From Neoechinorhynchus agilis (lineage: Eukaryota; Animalia; Acanthocephala): DNA of 64,000 bases. The stretch is taken from positions 7,852,784 to 7,916,783 of the forward strand of contig CM121341.1 in assembly GCA_051530055.1 (NCBI GenBank). Reading direction: 5' to 3'. A program made the translations under genes and the position numbers. Under the pieces are notes generated by a model. It worked only from the letters and a program-made list of their open reading frames with translations. It was not told the origin of the DNA and made no database searches. Below, in pieces: positions 1 through 12,029 of this stretch (position 1 is its first letter; every line of letters begins with the position of its first letter).

Positions 1-1670
1 TAACTCTTTTACCCTGATGGATTCTTTTCTCTTGGTGGATAAATCGTTTAGAGCATTTCTTAAGCTCGTCCGAACCTCGGGAATAGCGATCTCCCCAGAT
101 ACCCGAGCCATACAAAACAATAGAAACCTTTTTAGGTGGCTTGAGTGAGGCTTTTAACTCTTTTACCCTGATGGATTCTTTTCTCTTGGTGAATAAATCG
201 TTTAGAGCATTTCTTAAGCTCGTCCGAACCTCGGGAATAGCGATCTCCCCAGATACCCGAGCCATACAAAACAATAGGAAACCTTTTTTAGGTGGCTTGA
301 GTGAGGCTTTTAACTCTTTTACCCTGATGGATTCTTTTCTCTTGGTGGATAAATCGTTTAGAGCATTTCTTAAGCTCGTCCGAACCTCGGGAATAGCGAT
401 CTCCCCAGATACCCGAGCCATACAAAATAGAAACCTTTTTTAGGTGGCTTGAGTGAGGCTTTTAACTCTTTTACCCTGATGGATTCTTTTCTCTTTGTGG
501 ATAAATCGTTTAGAGCATTTCTTAAGCTCGTCCGAACCTCGGGAATAGCGATCTCCCCGGATACCCGAGCCATACAAAACAATAGAAACCTTTTTTAGGT
601 GGCTTGAGTGAGGCTTTTAACTCTTTTACCCTGATGGATTCTTTTCTCTTGGTGGATAAATCGTTTAGAGCATTTCTTAAGCTCGTCCGAACCTCGGGAA
701 TAGCGATCTCCCCGGATACCCGAGCCATACAAAACAATAGAAACCTTTTTTAGGTGGCTTGAGTGAGGCTTTTAACTCTTTTACCCTGATGGATTCTTTT
801 CTCTTGGTGGATAAATCGTTTAGAGCATTTCTTAAGCTCGTCCGAACCTCGGGAATAGCGATCTCCCCAGATACCCGAGCCATACAAAACAATAGAAACC
901 TTTTTAGGTGGCTTGAGTGAGGCTTTTAACTCTTTTACCCTGATGGATTCTTTTCTCTTGGTGGATAAATCGTTTAGAGCATTTCTTAAGCTCGTCCGAA
1001 CCTCGGGAATAGCGATCTATCCGGATACCCGAGCCATAAAAAACAATAGAAACCTTTTTTAGGTGGCTTGAGTGAGGCTTTTAACTCTTTCACCCTGATG
1101 GATTTTTTTCTCTTTGTGGATAAATCGTTTAGAGCATTTCTTAAGCTCGTCCGAACCTCGGGAATAGCGATCTCCCGGATACCCGATCCATACAAAACAA
1201 TAGAAACCTTTTTTAGGTTGCCTGAGTGAGGCATTTAACTCTTTTACCCTGATGGATTCTTTTCTCTTGGTGGATAAATCGTTTAGAGCATTCCTTAAGC
1301 TCGTCCGAACCTCGGGAATAGCGATCTCCCCGGATACCCGAGCCACAAAAAACAATAGAAACCTTTTTAGGTGATTGAGGCTTTTAACTCTTTTACCCTG
1401 ATGGATTCTTTTCTCTTGGTGGGTAAATCGTTTAGAGCATTTCTTAAGCTCGTCCGAACCTCGGGAATAGCGATCTCCCGGATACCCGATCCATACAAAA
1501 CAATAGAAACCTTTTTTAGGTGGCTTGAGTGAGGCTTTTAACTCTTTCACCCTGATGGATTTTTTTCTCTTTGTGGATAAATCGTTTAGAGCATTTCTTA
1601 AGCTCGTGCGAACCTCGGGAATAGCGATCTCCCGGATACCCGATCCATACAAAACAATAGAAACCTTTTT
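1..1670. repeat. Tandem array, ~155-bp unit, ~10.8 copies visible, continues off the left edge
   Basis: The unit gaaaccttttttaggtggcttgagtgagg...gagccatacaaaacaata recurs about every 155 bp (ORF starts at 582, 737, 892). Confidence 0.95.
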
Positions 1671-1933
1671 TTATGTGGCTCGAAATGGGTTTCCTCTTTC
1701 GAAATATTTTTGTCCGTTCGGTTTGGTGGGTGGACTATGAGTACCAAATCTCGTATTTGCAAAAAATTGATTTTAGAATGTATTAAAAGTAATATCATCG
1801 CGAGGAAATTCTTTTGATACGATAGAGTTTGAATGTATTTTCGTCCAAATGATTTTCACTAAAACTGCAAGTTTTTTGTTGATTGTTCAAAAATTCGATG
1901 AATCCTCGATGTATTTTTTAGATAAATAGAAAA

Positions 1934-3967
1934 ATGTTTTCGTTTTACCCTGTTCTTTACACTGGCGATGACACCGATGCTCTTGTATTCGATCCTGGAT
2001 CTTTTGATTTTCGATTTGGACACGCAGGCAGTGAGTATCCACAGTTCGTTGTTAAGCCATGCGTTGGTTCGGACTCAAAAGCAAGACATTTCATCGGAGA
2101 TGTTCAACTAAACAACCTCATTTCGGACGTTGAAGTCGATTGGGCTGTTAAAAATGGTGAAATTGAAGATTGGAAAGCGTTTGAATTATTGCTCGAGTAT
2201 TCATACTGTCGTCTAAACACAACACCCAGTGATCATCCCGTAATGTTTGTAGAAAGTCCGTTGAATCCACTCAAGAAACAGGAGAATCTTTGTGAATTGA
2301 TGTTCGAAAAGTTCCATGTTCCAGCGTTTTATTTATGCAGGAGTCCAGCGTTGGCGTGTATTTCCGTCGGTCGACCATCAGGGCTTGTTATAGACCAGTG
2401 GTTCATCAAAGTGGTGGTCCTTACAGAATTAAAATTAATTTGTAAATGTATAGATATTTAGGTCTTGAGTAAAATATTTTTACATCTCTCTCTTAGACAA
2501 AAAGTCTGTTTGTTTTATACTTTGATTCGAAACACAATTTAATTAGCTCAAAAAGTGAAACTAATTTGAATTTAGTTTGTAGAAAAACTTTAGAAGAGGA
2601 GAATCTTTCCTGATAGCAAAATGGAGATGAATATTTACTAACTATCGATAGAAAATCCTTCGGGATAATAAAATTACACTTTCGGTGAGAATAATCCCGG
2701 TCATTACGTATTTATTCGAAATATTTCGAACGAGGTATCCTCGCCTCTTCAGTCATTATTTGCAAGTTTTGAACAACCTCCTTCGAAATATTTCGAATAA
2801 ATATGTAATGACCGGGATTATTCTCACCGAAAGTGTAATTTACTAACTGTTAACAATTAACGACTATTCGTGTAGATATGAACGCTTTGGATATTTCCAT
2901 TTGGGTTTTAATCCTTTTTGAGCGTGAAGCCAAAAGCTGCTTTTTAAAATACCCACAAATTTTAGAAAAAGGACACCAGAAATTCTGTTTACAAAAATCA
3001 ATACCAATTAAATATATAAATTTAGTTTTCGAACTTCTTTACAATTGAAAAAAATAGATATTATGCGCTTTTTTCAAAGGTTTTTAATAGCTTTCCCGTA
3101 TTGATCCGGACGTTCCCATCAAGTTTATGCAAATCATTGGGTAATTTTTCCCCATGAAGAAAGGAAAAGATTTGGGAACCACTGGAATAGACGTTGGTCA
3201 CCATGGTACATTCGTGAGTCCGGTTGAAGACGGTCATGTTTATTTGAAAGGTGTAGTCCGATCGCCATTCGGAGGCGAGTTCATCGCTACAGAAATCACG
3301 AAACTCGTCAAAGAAGACAACCTTACTCCTATCCAATTAATCGACAAGATAAAACGCAAATACACACATATTCTCAATTTTGGAAGTATTTTCTTTTAAG
3401 TTGAGACTCTGATTTCTGTACAAATCGCAAAACATCCATGGATCACTTCTAAGCTATTTAAAAACACTTCTTTTAGACGACATTATTCGAAGCGTTTGTC
3501 GTGTTCGTGAGGATACCGATTACACAAATCAACCAAATGACTCACATGTACCAGCGTCGTCCTATGAGTTCCCAAATGGAAATCAACGAGATTTCACAAA
3601 CGACATCCTAAATTTGACCGAGTCTTTTTTCTCGTTGAAATCCGATCAATGCTTATCGAAACTTGTTACTCAATGTTTAACCAAATGCGATGTAGATATT
3701 CGGCAAAGTGTCTGTAAAAATATCGTTTGTATAGGTGGCTGCAGTCAAATGAATGGATTCTGTGTCAGATTAGAAAACGAATTAAACAAAAATGTATCCG
3801 CGAATTATAGAATTGATTTTGTATCGATTCCGAGGAAAGAAGATCGCCGGAATGCTGCGTTTAAAGGAGGCGCATTCTTAGCTTCTTGGGGAAAATCGAA
3901 TGAAAGATGGCTAACAAAGGAGATTTATGAAGACGAAGGGAGGCGTGCTGTCCACAGATTTGTCTAA
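1934..3967 (+). CDS. ACTL6: Actin-related protein 4 (ACTL6/BAF53-like); exon interrupted by a TIR element, plus an apparent frameshift or damaged acceptor near 3386-3425
   Basis: LYTGDDTDALVFDPGSF matches VYGGDEVGALVFDIGSY. Also GLVIDVGHH (split by the insert), VRSPFGGEFI, SYEFPNG and the C-terminal AAFKGGAFLASWG...WLTKEIYEDEG. Confidence 0.85.
2396..3184. mobile_element. Non-autonomous hAT-like DNA element, 789 bp, inside the ARP4 exon
   Basis: TIRs cagtggttcatcaaa / tttgggaaccactg; 8-bp flanks ttatagac / gaatagac (6/8 identical), resembling the hAT-Charlie nTCTAGAn target preference. Confidence 0.8.
2671..2841. mobile_element. Inverted-repeat Penelope-like pLTR derivative with a degenerate hammerhead, nested in the hAT element
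   Basis: Arms of about 60 bp are near-perfectly inverted. The minus strand reads aatga CTGAAGA g gcgagg ata cctcgt tc GAAA ta T T. Same family as 39185-39368. Confidence 0.65.
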
Positions 3968-4699
3968 GTGATTTGAATTTGTACATTCAAAAATTCAACG
4001 GGTTTCAGAATTCAAAGTGTCAACGCAAATAAAATCCAACGGACTCGTTATTCGTTGTTTTTTCACGTTTAAAAACATTTACAAAATGCACAATCCACCG
4101 GATAGAAGAAAATATAGTGAGATATTTCGAAAACGAAAGCCTTTCAGTCATCTAGAAAAAAAAGTTTTAGTTATTTTATACGTGGTACGGATCAAAAAAG
4201 CGGGAAAATAACTAAAACTTCCTTTTAGATAAAAATCTCGTTTGATCGTATTCATCTAACTAAAACGATTTTTTTGACTTTCATGAGTTTGAAATGTAAG
4301 TCTCGAAACAGCGACCAAGAATCTTGGATTAGACGACCCCTTTTCTTCAGACTTTTTTCTGCCCTTTTCCAATTTGGAACCTCGATTGAATTACTCGAAT
4401 CGACGAAGAGTTTCAAAATGAATAGCGTTCATCGTGCCATGTTTTAAAGGGACAAAAAGGCCAATCTATGAGACGAGATTCACTGTTCAATACTTCTATT
4501 TCCGACAAATCGTGAGAAAATCCTTTATATTCACGTTTTTCCCATTGGTTTCTGGCGTGAAGAAATTTTTAAATGATTTTATTTTTAAACTGCCGATTGG
4601 TTTCAGAGGCACACAATCTTGTGAACGCGTGTTTATCCCAAGGTTATTTTGCTTGATAAATTTAAAATAAAATCATTTTAATTTCTTTTTTTCGGCGAA

Positions 4700-5050
4700 T
4701 GAAGCACACTCACCACCTCCCGCCGAATTCCAGCTTTTGTCCTTCCTCGACCGTCGCCATCACGCTAGCGAGATATTTTGTCGAAGGATTACACCTGCTC
4801 TTGAGTCTCCGGTTGCCTCTCTCAATTTCTTCGAGACATCCTGGCGCAGAGTTCCGAGCGCTCCATACGTCTCTAAAATATCGATTTAATTTTTCTTTAC
4901 ATTAGGCCCTTTAAATGTCGCCCGGACGCTGGCAGCGTTGCCACGCTGGACCGCCAGACTCAAGTTTTGTCGCAAGAAATGCGGTTAATCACGATTTCCG
5001 CTGCGGCCCAAATGCCTGTCTCGACCCTGAATGGCAGGAACAAAGACTAA
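4700..5050 (-). mobile_element. Two adjacent 3' fragments of CRE-like (RLE-type) non-LTR retrotransposons
   Basis: Minus-strand translations FRVETGIWAAAEIVINRI, LAVQRGNAASVRATF and ETYGALGTLRQDVSKKLREATGDSRAG match the CRE C-terminal ET.G.W...TGD...QRGNA pattern. Confidence 0.65.
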
Positions 5051-5164
5051 GAGGCTAACTCATGATACTTCGCGGTCTTACATTCCTCCGCCTAATTTCG
5101 CGGACGACATTTTTCGCATTTGTTGTTTTCACCACTTGGTGTTTTTTATAGATACCTTTGATCA

Positions 5165-5794
5165 ATGGATTGTGAAGAGTTGCTTGAAGAAGGTCGATTA
5201 TCAAGTGAAGATGACGAAGATGATAATCCTCCTGACGTATTGAAGCATGAAATTGATTATGTTATACGTGAGCCTCGATTTGTGATGCAGCACTATTCTG
5301 GAACGGCTATGGAACGTGAAGAATTTCGGAATGTGTTGAAGATTAACGATGACGAAGAGATTGTTCGACTTCCGTTAATGCTATCACAATGCCGTGAAGT
5401 GCTTCAAGAGTTTCTATGTCCAGGAGAACAGCTCATAAACGAAGTACCGGATTGGTATCGTCCGAATAAGTTGGTTGAAACGCAGAATGAGTTGCTTGAG
5501 TCGTATGGTAATCCAAATGGAGGATCATCTAAAAGACAAGCAGCAGGATACGCTATTTACTTACACGATTGTCCCGTCCACGTGGACAAAGACTATTTGG
5601 AGAACATCGCTTCGGTTACTAACACGAATGCTTGTGTTAAAAGTGTTAACGATGATGAGCGCCAAGATTATTGCATCAGCGTCCCGGACCAGTCTTCTTA
5701 TGATCGGATGGTGTATTTCTTAAGGACTTTTGTCGTCGAAATCGGCGAAGTTCAACTTTTAGGACCGTACTATAAAATAAATGAAGAGTTTTGA
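5165..5794 (+). CDS. Hypothetical 209-aa protein with an acidic N-terminus and a possible degenerate RRM-like C-terminus
   Basis: Single intact ATG-to-stop ORF with protein-like composition; family not recognised. Confidence 0.6.
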   Translation: MDCEELLEEGRLSSEDDEDDNPPDVLKHEIDYVIREPRFVMQHYSGTAMEREEFRNVLKINDDEEIVRLPLMLSQCREVLQEFLCPGEQLINEVPDWYRPNKLVETQNELLESYGNPNGGSSKRQAAGYAIYLHDCPVHVDKDYLENIASVTNTNACVKSVNDDERQDYCISVPDQSSYDRMVYFLRTFVVEIGEVQLLGPYYKINEEF

Positions 5795-6113
5795 GCGATT
5801 CTCTATGAGTGCCGATTTGATGGTAGCGATCAACAAACATTTCTTTTAAAGAAGACAGAGCGGTGGCGTGGATGCTTTTTAAACTCGGTCTCTGCTCAAG
5901 GATCTCTCGAAGAAATTGAAACGATCGGCGACAAAATATCTCGCTCGCAGTACAACGAGGCAATGCTGCCGAGGAAGGAGAAAAGCTAAGATTTTGCGGA
6001 CGGTGGTGATTGCACGTAAAAATGTTTTCGTTAAAAAATCTAAAAAGTTGGTTAATGCAAAGAAATGTGAGTGATCCGAAAAAAGGTGGGGAAGAAGGGT
6101 AACCAGCCCATCG

Positions 6114-6194
6114 CGCTGCGAACAGGATTCGAACCTGTGCGGGAAATCCCATCAGATTTCAAGTCTGACGCCTTAACCGCTCGGCCATCGCAGC
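6114..6194 (-). tRNA. tRNA-Ser(TGA)
   Basis: gctgcga acceptor stem, anticodon arm tcaga-cttgaaa-tctga, long variable arm, ggttcgaatcc B box. Confidence 0.95.
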
Positions 6195-6529
6195 TGTTAG
6201 ACGTTCGCACTGATAAGTTTTATTGGAATTTTAAAATCTCTGTCACAAATAAAATATGCGAGTTGACGAAATGGCCTTTTTGATTGGACTTGTTAGCTCG
6301 TTTCAGCGGCTTTAAAATTCAAATGCAAATATAATCGAGAACGACAGAATCAAATGACCAATAAGAAAATATTGCGACATTCTGAGTGTTTTTGTTTACC
6401 TTTTTCGCCACCTTATTTGTCATTTGTCAAAGTGAATACAAACCAAAGAAAATCGTAAACAAGACTTTTACATGTTGTTTGTTGTCGCAAAAATCGGACT
6501 AAAACCAGCTACTTTTTAAATTCAAAGCG

Positions 6530-6893
6530 ATGTTCTTCGCTTGGTTCGTCTTCGTAGCAATCGTATCAACGTTCAATCAAGCGTTTTGTCTTAACGTAGG
6601 TTTGTTGTTTGTTTTCCTCGATTCTGCAAGTTGAACAATTGATTTTTAGGCAAAAGAGAATGCATTCTCTTTGAGATTCCAAATGGAAGTAAGTTCTTCA
6701 TTTCTCCAAAGTACGCTTTAAATTCAGTTCAGAGAGTGCAGCAATCGAGGAAATTATCGCTGGTGAAGTAATGCCCAAGCGAAAATTTACAGTCATCATC
6801 GAACCTGCCTGTAAGAAATCTTGTCCGCAGGTAACGAAGAAAGATCATTTCAAACCGACGATGCCTTTTCGTCGCCCATTGACTTACAAGTAG
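6530..6893 (+). CDS. Putative small multi-exon gene with a signal-peptide-like start (MFFAWFVFVAIVSTFNQAFC)
   Basis: Hydrophobic N-terminus and two short GT-AG intron-like segments. The exon phase is ambiguous and the product is unknown. Confidence 0.35.
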
Positions 6894-6894
6894 C

Positions 6895-7745
6895 TGGCCT
6901 TTAGAGAATTTTATTAGTCTAAAATTAAAGTAGTGAGATTTTGTGTTTGCGGTCCAGAACTCGTGCATTATAGAATAAATCGTTGTTTTCGGTCAAACGA
7001 ACAAAAAGAAATCCAATTAAGCGCAAATAAAGGCCTTTTTTAGAGAGTTCTTGTTATTTAGCCCTTGTCCCGCACAATGGCGGGTCGGCTTTTATCGATC
7101 TAACCCTCCATTTTTCTCTGTCATGTGCCATATCCAGGTTTGCAGCCTTGAGGTTCTGGTATAAGGCGTCCAGCCTTCTTTGCCTCCATCGTCTTCCTTG
7201 GATTTGGATTCCAAGACGCCTTTTGATGATTGTGTCGCCATTAGCTTTTAATGGTCCTGTAGAGAATTTTATTAGTCTAAAATTAAAGTAGTGAGATTTT
7301 GTGTTTGCGGTCCAGAACTCGTGCATTATAGAATAAATCGTTGTTTTCGGTCAAACGAACAAAAAGAAATCCAATTAAGCGCAAATAAAGGCCTTTTTAG
7401 AGAGTTCTTGTTATTTAGCCCTTGTCCCGCACAATGGCGGGTCGGCTTTTATCGATCTAACCCTCCATTTTTCTCTGTCATGTGCCATATCCAGGTTTGC
7501 AGCCTTGAGGTTCTGGTATAAGGCGTCCAGCCTTCTTTGCCTCCATCGTCTTCCTTGGATTTGGATTCCAAGACGCCTTTTGATGATTGTGTCGCCATTA
7601 GCTTTTAATGGTCCTGTAGAGAATTTTATTAGTCTAAAATTAAAGTAGTGAGATTTTGTGTTTGCGGTCCAGAACTCGTGCATTATAGAATAAATCGTTG
7701 TTTTCGGTCAAACGAACAAAAAGAAATCCAATTAGGCGCAAATAA
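6895..7745. repeat. Tandem duplication, ~357-bp unit x ~2.4, containing an RTE-clade LINE 3' end on the minus strand
   Basis: The unit restarts at about 6902, 7260 and 7617. GRRWRQRRLDALYQNLKAANLDMAHDREKWRVRSIKADP matches the RTE C-terminal motif. Confidence 0.85.
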
Positions 7746-7756
7746 ACAAATGATCA

Positions 7757-7770
7757 GTTGCTATGGAAAC
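7757..7770 (+). promoter_or_regulatory. RFX X-box
   Basis: GTTGCTATGGAAAC, ending about 48 bp upstream of the CCDC103 ATG. Confidence 0.75.
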
Positions 7771-7817
7771 CGAAACTAGGAAATCTATGAACAAAGTCTA
7801 ACTGGTCGGTTTAAAGA

Positions 7818-8537
7818 ATGCGAAGGCGTGTTCCGGATCCCGCTGTTTTTATACCAAATTTAAGGAAAGTATTCATGCAAACCCTAGAAGAGGAGCGAAT
7901 TCGAAAGCTTGAAAATGACACCAAAATTGACATTGTGATGAATCAACGGATATTTGATTACGATCAATTCAGTCAATTGGTTAAGGCAGCAGACCTACAG
8001 CCTCTAGACGGAGTTTGTCAATTGAACCCGAACAAAGAGTATTTGGTTGACGAACACGAAGTGTTTAAGTTGAACAAGATCATAGCGAAACAAATGGACG
8101 AAAAGTTTGTTGTTGGACCGAATGAGAGGATAGCTGATGCCTACGCGATCAATCCTCATCAAATTGAGATAAATTTAAGAGAACAAAGCCAAAAAGAAAG
8201 TGATACAATTGTGAACGCTGGAGATTACACCAAGAAATACAGTACACTGCCAGAAAATGAACGTCTTAGTTTCATAATGTCTACGGTAGATAAGATAATG
8301 GAAGTCTATTCAGTGGAACTTCCTCCTACACAACTCATTGAAGATTGTATCCAGTTCTTTAAATGCTATGAAGGATTTGATGCTCTAAGAAAAGTGATTG
8401 AATTCATTGCTGATCATCCACGATCACGACTTGCTATCAGCTTTATTGATTCGTCCAAGAGGAATACACTTTTGGAGATTTCAAACGACCTAAATGACAC
8501 TACCCTCGCTAAGAAATTGTTGAAATTAATGACTTGA
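7818..8537 (+). CDS. CCDC103: CCDC103/DNAAF19-like dynein arm assembly factor
   Basis: LENDTKIDIVMNQRIFDYDQFSQLVKAADLQPLD resembles [33 protein letters not shown]. The C-terminus is RPAP3_C-like, and there is an upstream X-box. Confidence 0.75.
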   Translation: MRRRVPDPAVFIPNLRKVFMQTLEEERIRKLENDTKIDIVMNQRIFDYDQFSQLVKAADLQPLDGVCQLNPNKEYLVDEHEVFKLNKIIAKQMDEKFVVGPNERIADAYAINPHQIEINLREQSQKESDTIVNAGDYTKKYSTLPENERLSFIMSTVDKIMEVYSVELPPTQLIEDCIQFFKCYEGFDALRKVIEFIADHPRSRLAISFIDSSKRNTLLEISNDLNDTTLAKKLLKLMT

Positions 8538-8599
8538 AAGGGTAGTTTTTTTCTATAAAACAGTTTGCGACAACGTATTTGCGTTCCACTATCATTTCT

Positions 8600-9400
8600 A
8601 TTCTAACAAAAAACATTAGATCCGATATTTCGGCGCCTCACGCCTTCTTCAGGTTCCTTGATACTCTAAAACACACAAAGGGAGTTCACAAGAGGTCCAT
8701 GCTCCCTGTCAATTCGTCTCGGCGGTTCAGGTTTTCCCGTTCGCGGCCGAGATCCCCACTTGCACCCGACCGCACTACCCAATCACGGTTGATCAGCAGA
8801 GCTTCCGAGATAGAGAGTTCAATGGGATCTGATGCCCACCGGGTGATACACGGAATCGCGAAAAACGCTATTTGAAGTTGCAAAAACTTGGTTGAATGTT
8901 TTCTCGATTTTAGACGTTTTTCGTGTTTTTAATATTTAAATGTTTTCTCGATTTTAGACGTTTTTCGTGTTTTGAAACGTGCTTCCGAAATATCGAATTT
9001 AACCAATTTCCTTTTTTGCAGCATAGAGTGTCGTTATTGTTCTTAACAGTAACTGTCATTCCCAAATCGATCTCAAAAATCAGTGGTTTTTGATTTTTTA
9101 GACGTTGAGGGACACACACACACAATCTTTTATTGAATCCGATGCTCCCTGTCAATTTGGGATTATCTCGTTCGAAAGTGAACAAAAGGTTATATTTCTT
9201 CGGAGATGTGTTTCGAACGAGATAATCCCAAATTGACAGGGAGCATGGACCTCTTGTGAACTCCCTTTGTGTGTTTTAGAGTCGCCGAAATATCGGATTC
9301 AATGAAAGATTGTGTGTGTCCCTCAACGTCTAAAAAATCAAAAACCATATACATGAGGATACACAATAAAGAGGCCTTCAATCAGCTCAAAAACATTAGA
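8600..9400. mobile_element. Foldback element with nested inverted repeats and a hammerhead-like core
   Basis: 8664-8712 is inverted at about 9230-9280, with an internal hairpin 9146-9180 / 9212-9247. The minus strand at 8619-8657 reads CTGAAGA a ggcg tgagg cgcc GAAA ta T C. Confidence 0.6.
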
Positions 9401-9491
9401 GTTTTGTGTATTATGTGGATGCTCCACCCCCCCCCCTCCAATTTAAACTATTCAAATCGTCTAGTCTTCGTACACTAGTCTCACACGCAGC

Positions 9492-11465
9492 TTACGATCT
9501 GCCACCACTACGGCGAGTAGGTGGCACATACGTGGAATCACTACCATTGGTCTCATCGATTTCATCCTCTTCAATATGAAAAGGTTCGTCTACGATTGTC
9601 TCTAGTGCTCGAGTGAATAATGGTTTTTTGCATTTTCCATGAGGATCCGCAGTTCGAGAGCGTTGCCGAAAACGAGTATCTGTCGGACCGTTTCGAGCGT
9701 GGACGTTGCGGTCGCAATTTACTGCGCGTTTCGTTAACTGATCCAGCAATTGATTGAATTCTCTAAGGTAAGCTCGTCTTGCGTAGACTTTTTTGAAAGT
9801 GCATGATTTTGCGTATTGACTAATATCGTCCCGGATGGTTGAATCGCCAACTCGACATAACTCACATGCAACAATGACCGATTCCTTCGAGGCAAATAGC
9901 ATCGATTTTGTTCCAAGGACCTTTTTAGCCAATGATGCGATCATACCGTCTCGTCCCATCACACTATCGATACTTAGAACAGTCTGGAGGAATAATGAGC
10001 CAACTGGATCGTTCATAAGAACGCATAGCTCTTCGCTGTTTAGATTGTCGACACTTTCTCGGATCAATATATTGAATTCTCTTGAGTCAGCTAATGTGTA
10101 AATAACGGCTACACCGGACGGACAACATTCAGTGATCTTAGGTCTCGCAGCGTTCGCCCGTTTCCATTGGATAACGCACCGTACGAATTGTTCCGGACTG
10201 TTTTCACAACGGAAAATAAAAAGAAGGTTTTTGTAGAACACTGAGACGTTATGTTTGTAAGTGCTGAAGCATTTGATGATTGCTATAAGAAGTTTCGGTT
10301 TGTTTAGCCGTAGACAAGTATTAATGACATCAATTGATTGAAGATAATCAGCCAAAATCTTTAACTCAGACGGACTACCTATCGATGAAGCGCATTTTGC
10401 CAGAAGGATACTTGAAGAATCGATATCGTACTTGTTCATAAACCGAGTACAGAATTGGTGAGTTAGGTATTGACGAGTTTCGCGATGTGATTCAATTATT
10501 TGCAGAATCAGAGGTTGGGCAACCTTACTGCGTCCATGGTCGAGCAACGTGAGAGAAAAGATTTTTAAAAAAGTTCCGAGGGAAGAGAATGAGACTCGAC
10601 CATGGCGATGCGTATCGGCGGTCAATGGATCGAAACTCGATTCTGTATGGATAAGATTGAACGTTTTCACGATGAATCGATTGACAAAACCAACGAAACC
10701 GAATCTATCACATGCCATAATGAGAAACGTAAACACAGGACACACGATTGGGTCCGTACAAGCTGTTGTGCAATTCGTTTCTGAGAACTTAAAAGCAAGA
10801 GACACAATCATCTTTGTGACATCGAAATGCTTGCCAAAATCAAAAATCTTCCTTCGCTTCATCGCCCTTTGTTCATCGTCGTTCGTATTACCATTCGAAT
10901 TGCCATATAACAATTTCTCCAGCTCAACTCGATGTTCGAAAAATGTCTTTAAGACATTGTAGAGAATGGACATCACGCTTTTCACGGTTCTGTATCGAGA
11001 AAAGTTCGTCACGATGTGATTGTAGGCTTTGTCGAAGTGTAAAGCGAAGAAATTAACTTCCGTTAGCGCATACTTTGCATCTTTAACGAAGTCAGGAGCC
11101 CGGCAAAACAGTATTTGAATGATCTCACACATCGTAGGCGAATTGAGCAATATATCAGTGTTGATTGCGAAAATTGTATTAAAAAACGGCATTAACGGCT
11201 TGGCACCCGATAATTTGAGTATTGATAAAAGATTTTTCTTCAGATGTTTCTTTTCCAAATGGAAATTCAAGAAATGTGGCATGGATATCAGGTATTGAAA
11301 AATTAAGTGCTCTTGTTCAGATCCTTGTGTTACTTGGATTTTGGCCGCCAATGAACAACAGTAAGATGCCGAATCGTATTGCCATTGGTTCAATGTGTTG
11401 CTTGTATTGCGTTTCAACCGAGATTTACTAGTGCTTCTTTTTAATCTCTTGGGCGGTTTAGGCAT
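9492..11465 (-). CDS. NOP9: NOP9-like Pumilio-repeat nucleolar protein, intronless; likely start MPKPPK
   Basis: Long helical ORF with a basic N-terminus. LCVLMNDPVGSLFLQTVL resembles the NOP9 C-terminal PUF-repeat motif (L.LA.DP.GSHVL). Confidence 0.55.
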   Translation of the reverse strand: MPKPPKRLKRSTSKSRLKRNTSNTLNQWQYDSASYCCSLAAKIQVTQGSEQEHLIFQYLISMPHFLNFHLEKKHLKKNLLSILKLSGAKPLMPFFNTIFAINTDILLNSPTMCEIIQILFCRAPDFVKDAKYALTEVNFFALHFDKAYNHIVTNFSRYRTVKSVMSILYNVLKTFFEHRVELEKLLYGNSNGNTNDDEQRAMKRRKIFDFGKHFDVTKMIVSLAFKFSETNCTTACTDPIVCPVFTFLIMACDRFGFVGFVNRFIVKTFNLIHTESSFDPLTADTHRHGRVSFSSLGTFLKIFSLTLLDHGRSKVAQPLILQIIESHRETRQYLTHQFCTRFMNKYDIDSSSILLAKCASSIGSPSELKILADYLQSIDVINTCLRLNKPKLLIAIIKCFSTYKHNVSVFYKNLLFIFRCENSPEQFVRCVIQWKRANAARPKITECCPSGVAVIYTLADSREFNILIRESVDNLNSEELCVLMNDPVGSLFLQTVLSIDSVMGRDGMIASLAKKVLGTKSMLFASKESVIVACELCRVGDSTIRDDISQYAKSCTFKKVYARRAYLREFNQLLDQLTKRAVNCDRNVHARNGPTDTRFRQRSRTADPHGKCKKPLFTRALETIVDEPFHIEEDEIDETNGSDSTYVPPTRRSGGRS

Positions 11466-12029
11466 TCTGAAATGAGAGAAAGTGGAGAATGGCGACAGTG
11501 GACAATTTAAGACGACGATCTCGACACTTTGTGCATAAAAAATTTTAAGGTTCAATCCGATATGCACCGGATCATATAAGCAAAAACATTTGTTTCGGAT
11601 CTTTAGAATTCGGTTAGAAATTAAACGGATCCTTCTACAATGTCAGGAAGCAACAGAAAAACTCAATAATTGATGGGGTGTGTTTTTTGAAATGTAGAGC
11701 CTCATATTTCTTAAACATTTCAAAATCAGCCTTATGAAGGAGCTACGTTTCAGGGAAAATCAGTCGCCGCGAGGAGTGTTTTCAATGAAAAGAGTTTTAG
11801 GTTCCCTTTGTGAGAAAGCCGTTTTAAAAAATTTGAAGATGCTCGTGAGACAGTCTCAAGGGCGGTAGGTTGATTAATGATTATCTAAGGTCGATAAAAG
11901 CAACAACAAAAAACTCACCATGAAATCAATACTCTCGATCAATTTCTACCGAACAAAAAAAATTAAGGAGTTAAAAAGTCGTCTAGGAGCGTTCAAGGAA
12001 CAATTTATAATTGAAAAATTTGATATGGA

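Noticed and set aside
141-1740. Repeated 70-197 aa ORFs in the 155-bp array
   Set aside because: The unit is not a multiple of 3, frames shift between copies and no domain is recognisable.
3401-3412. TGA recoding as an explanation for internal stops in ARP4 and nidogen
   Set aside because: MCM2, SmB and TMEM222 terminate at TGA, so it is a normal stop here.
4905-5100. Possible RNase P/MRP or other structured RNA (GC-rich patch)
   Set aside because: It translates as a CRE retrotransposon C-terminus (LAVQRGNAASV), and the conserved RNase P regions were not found.
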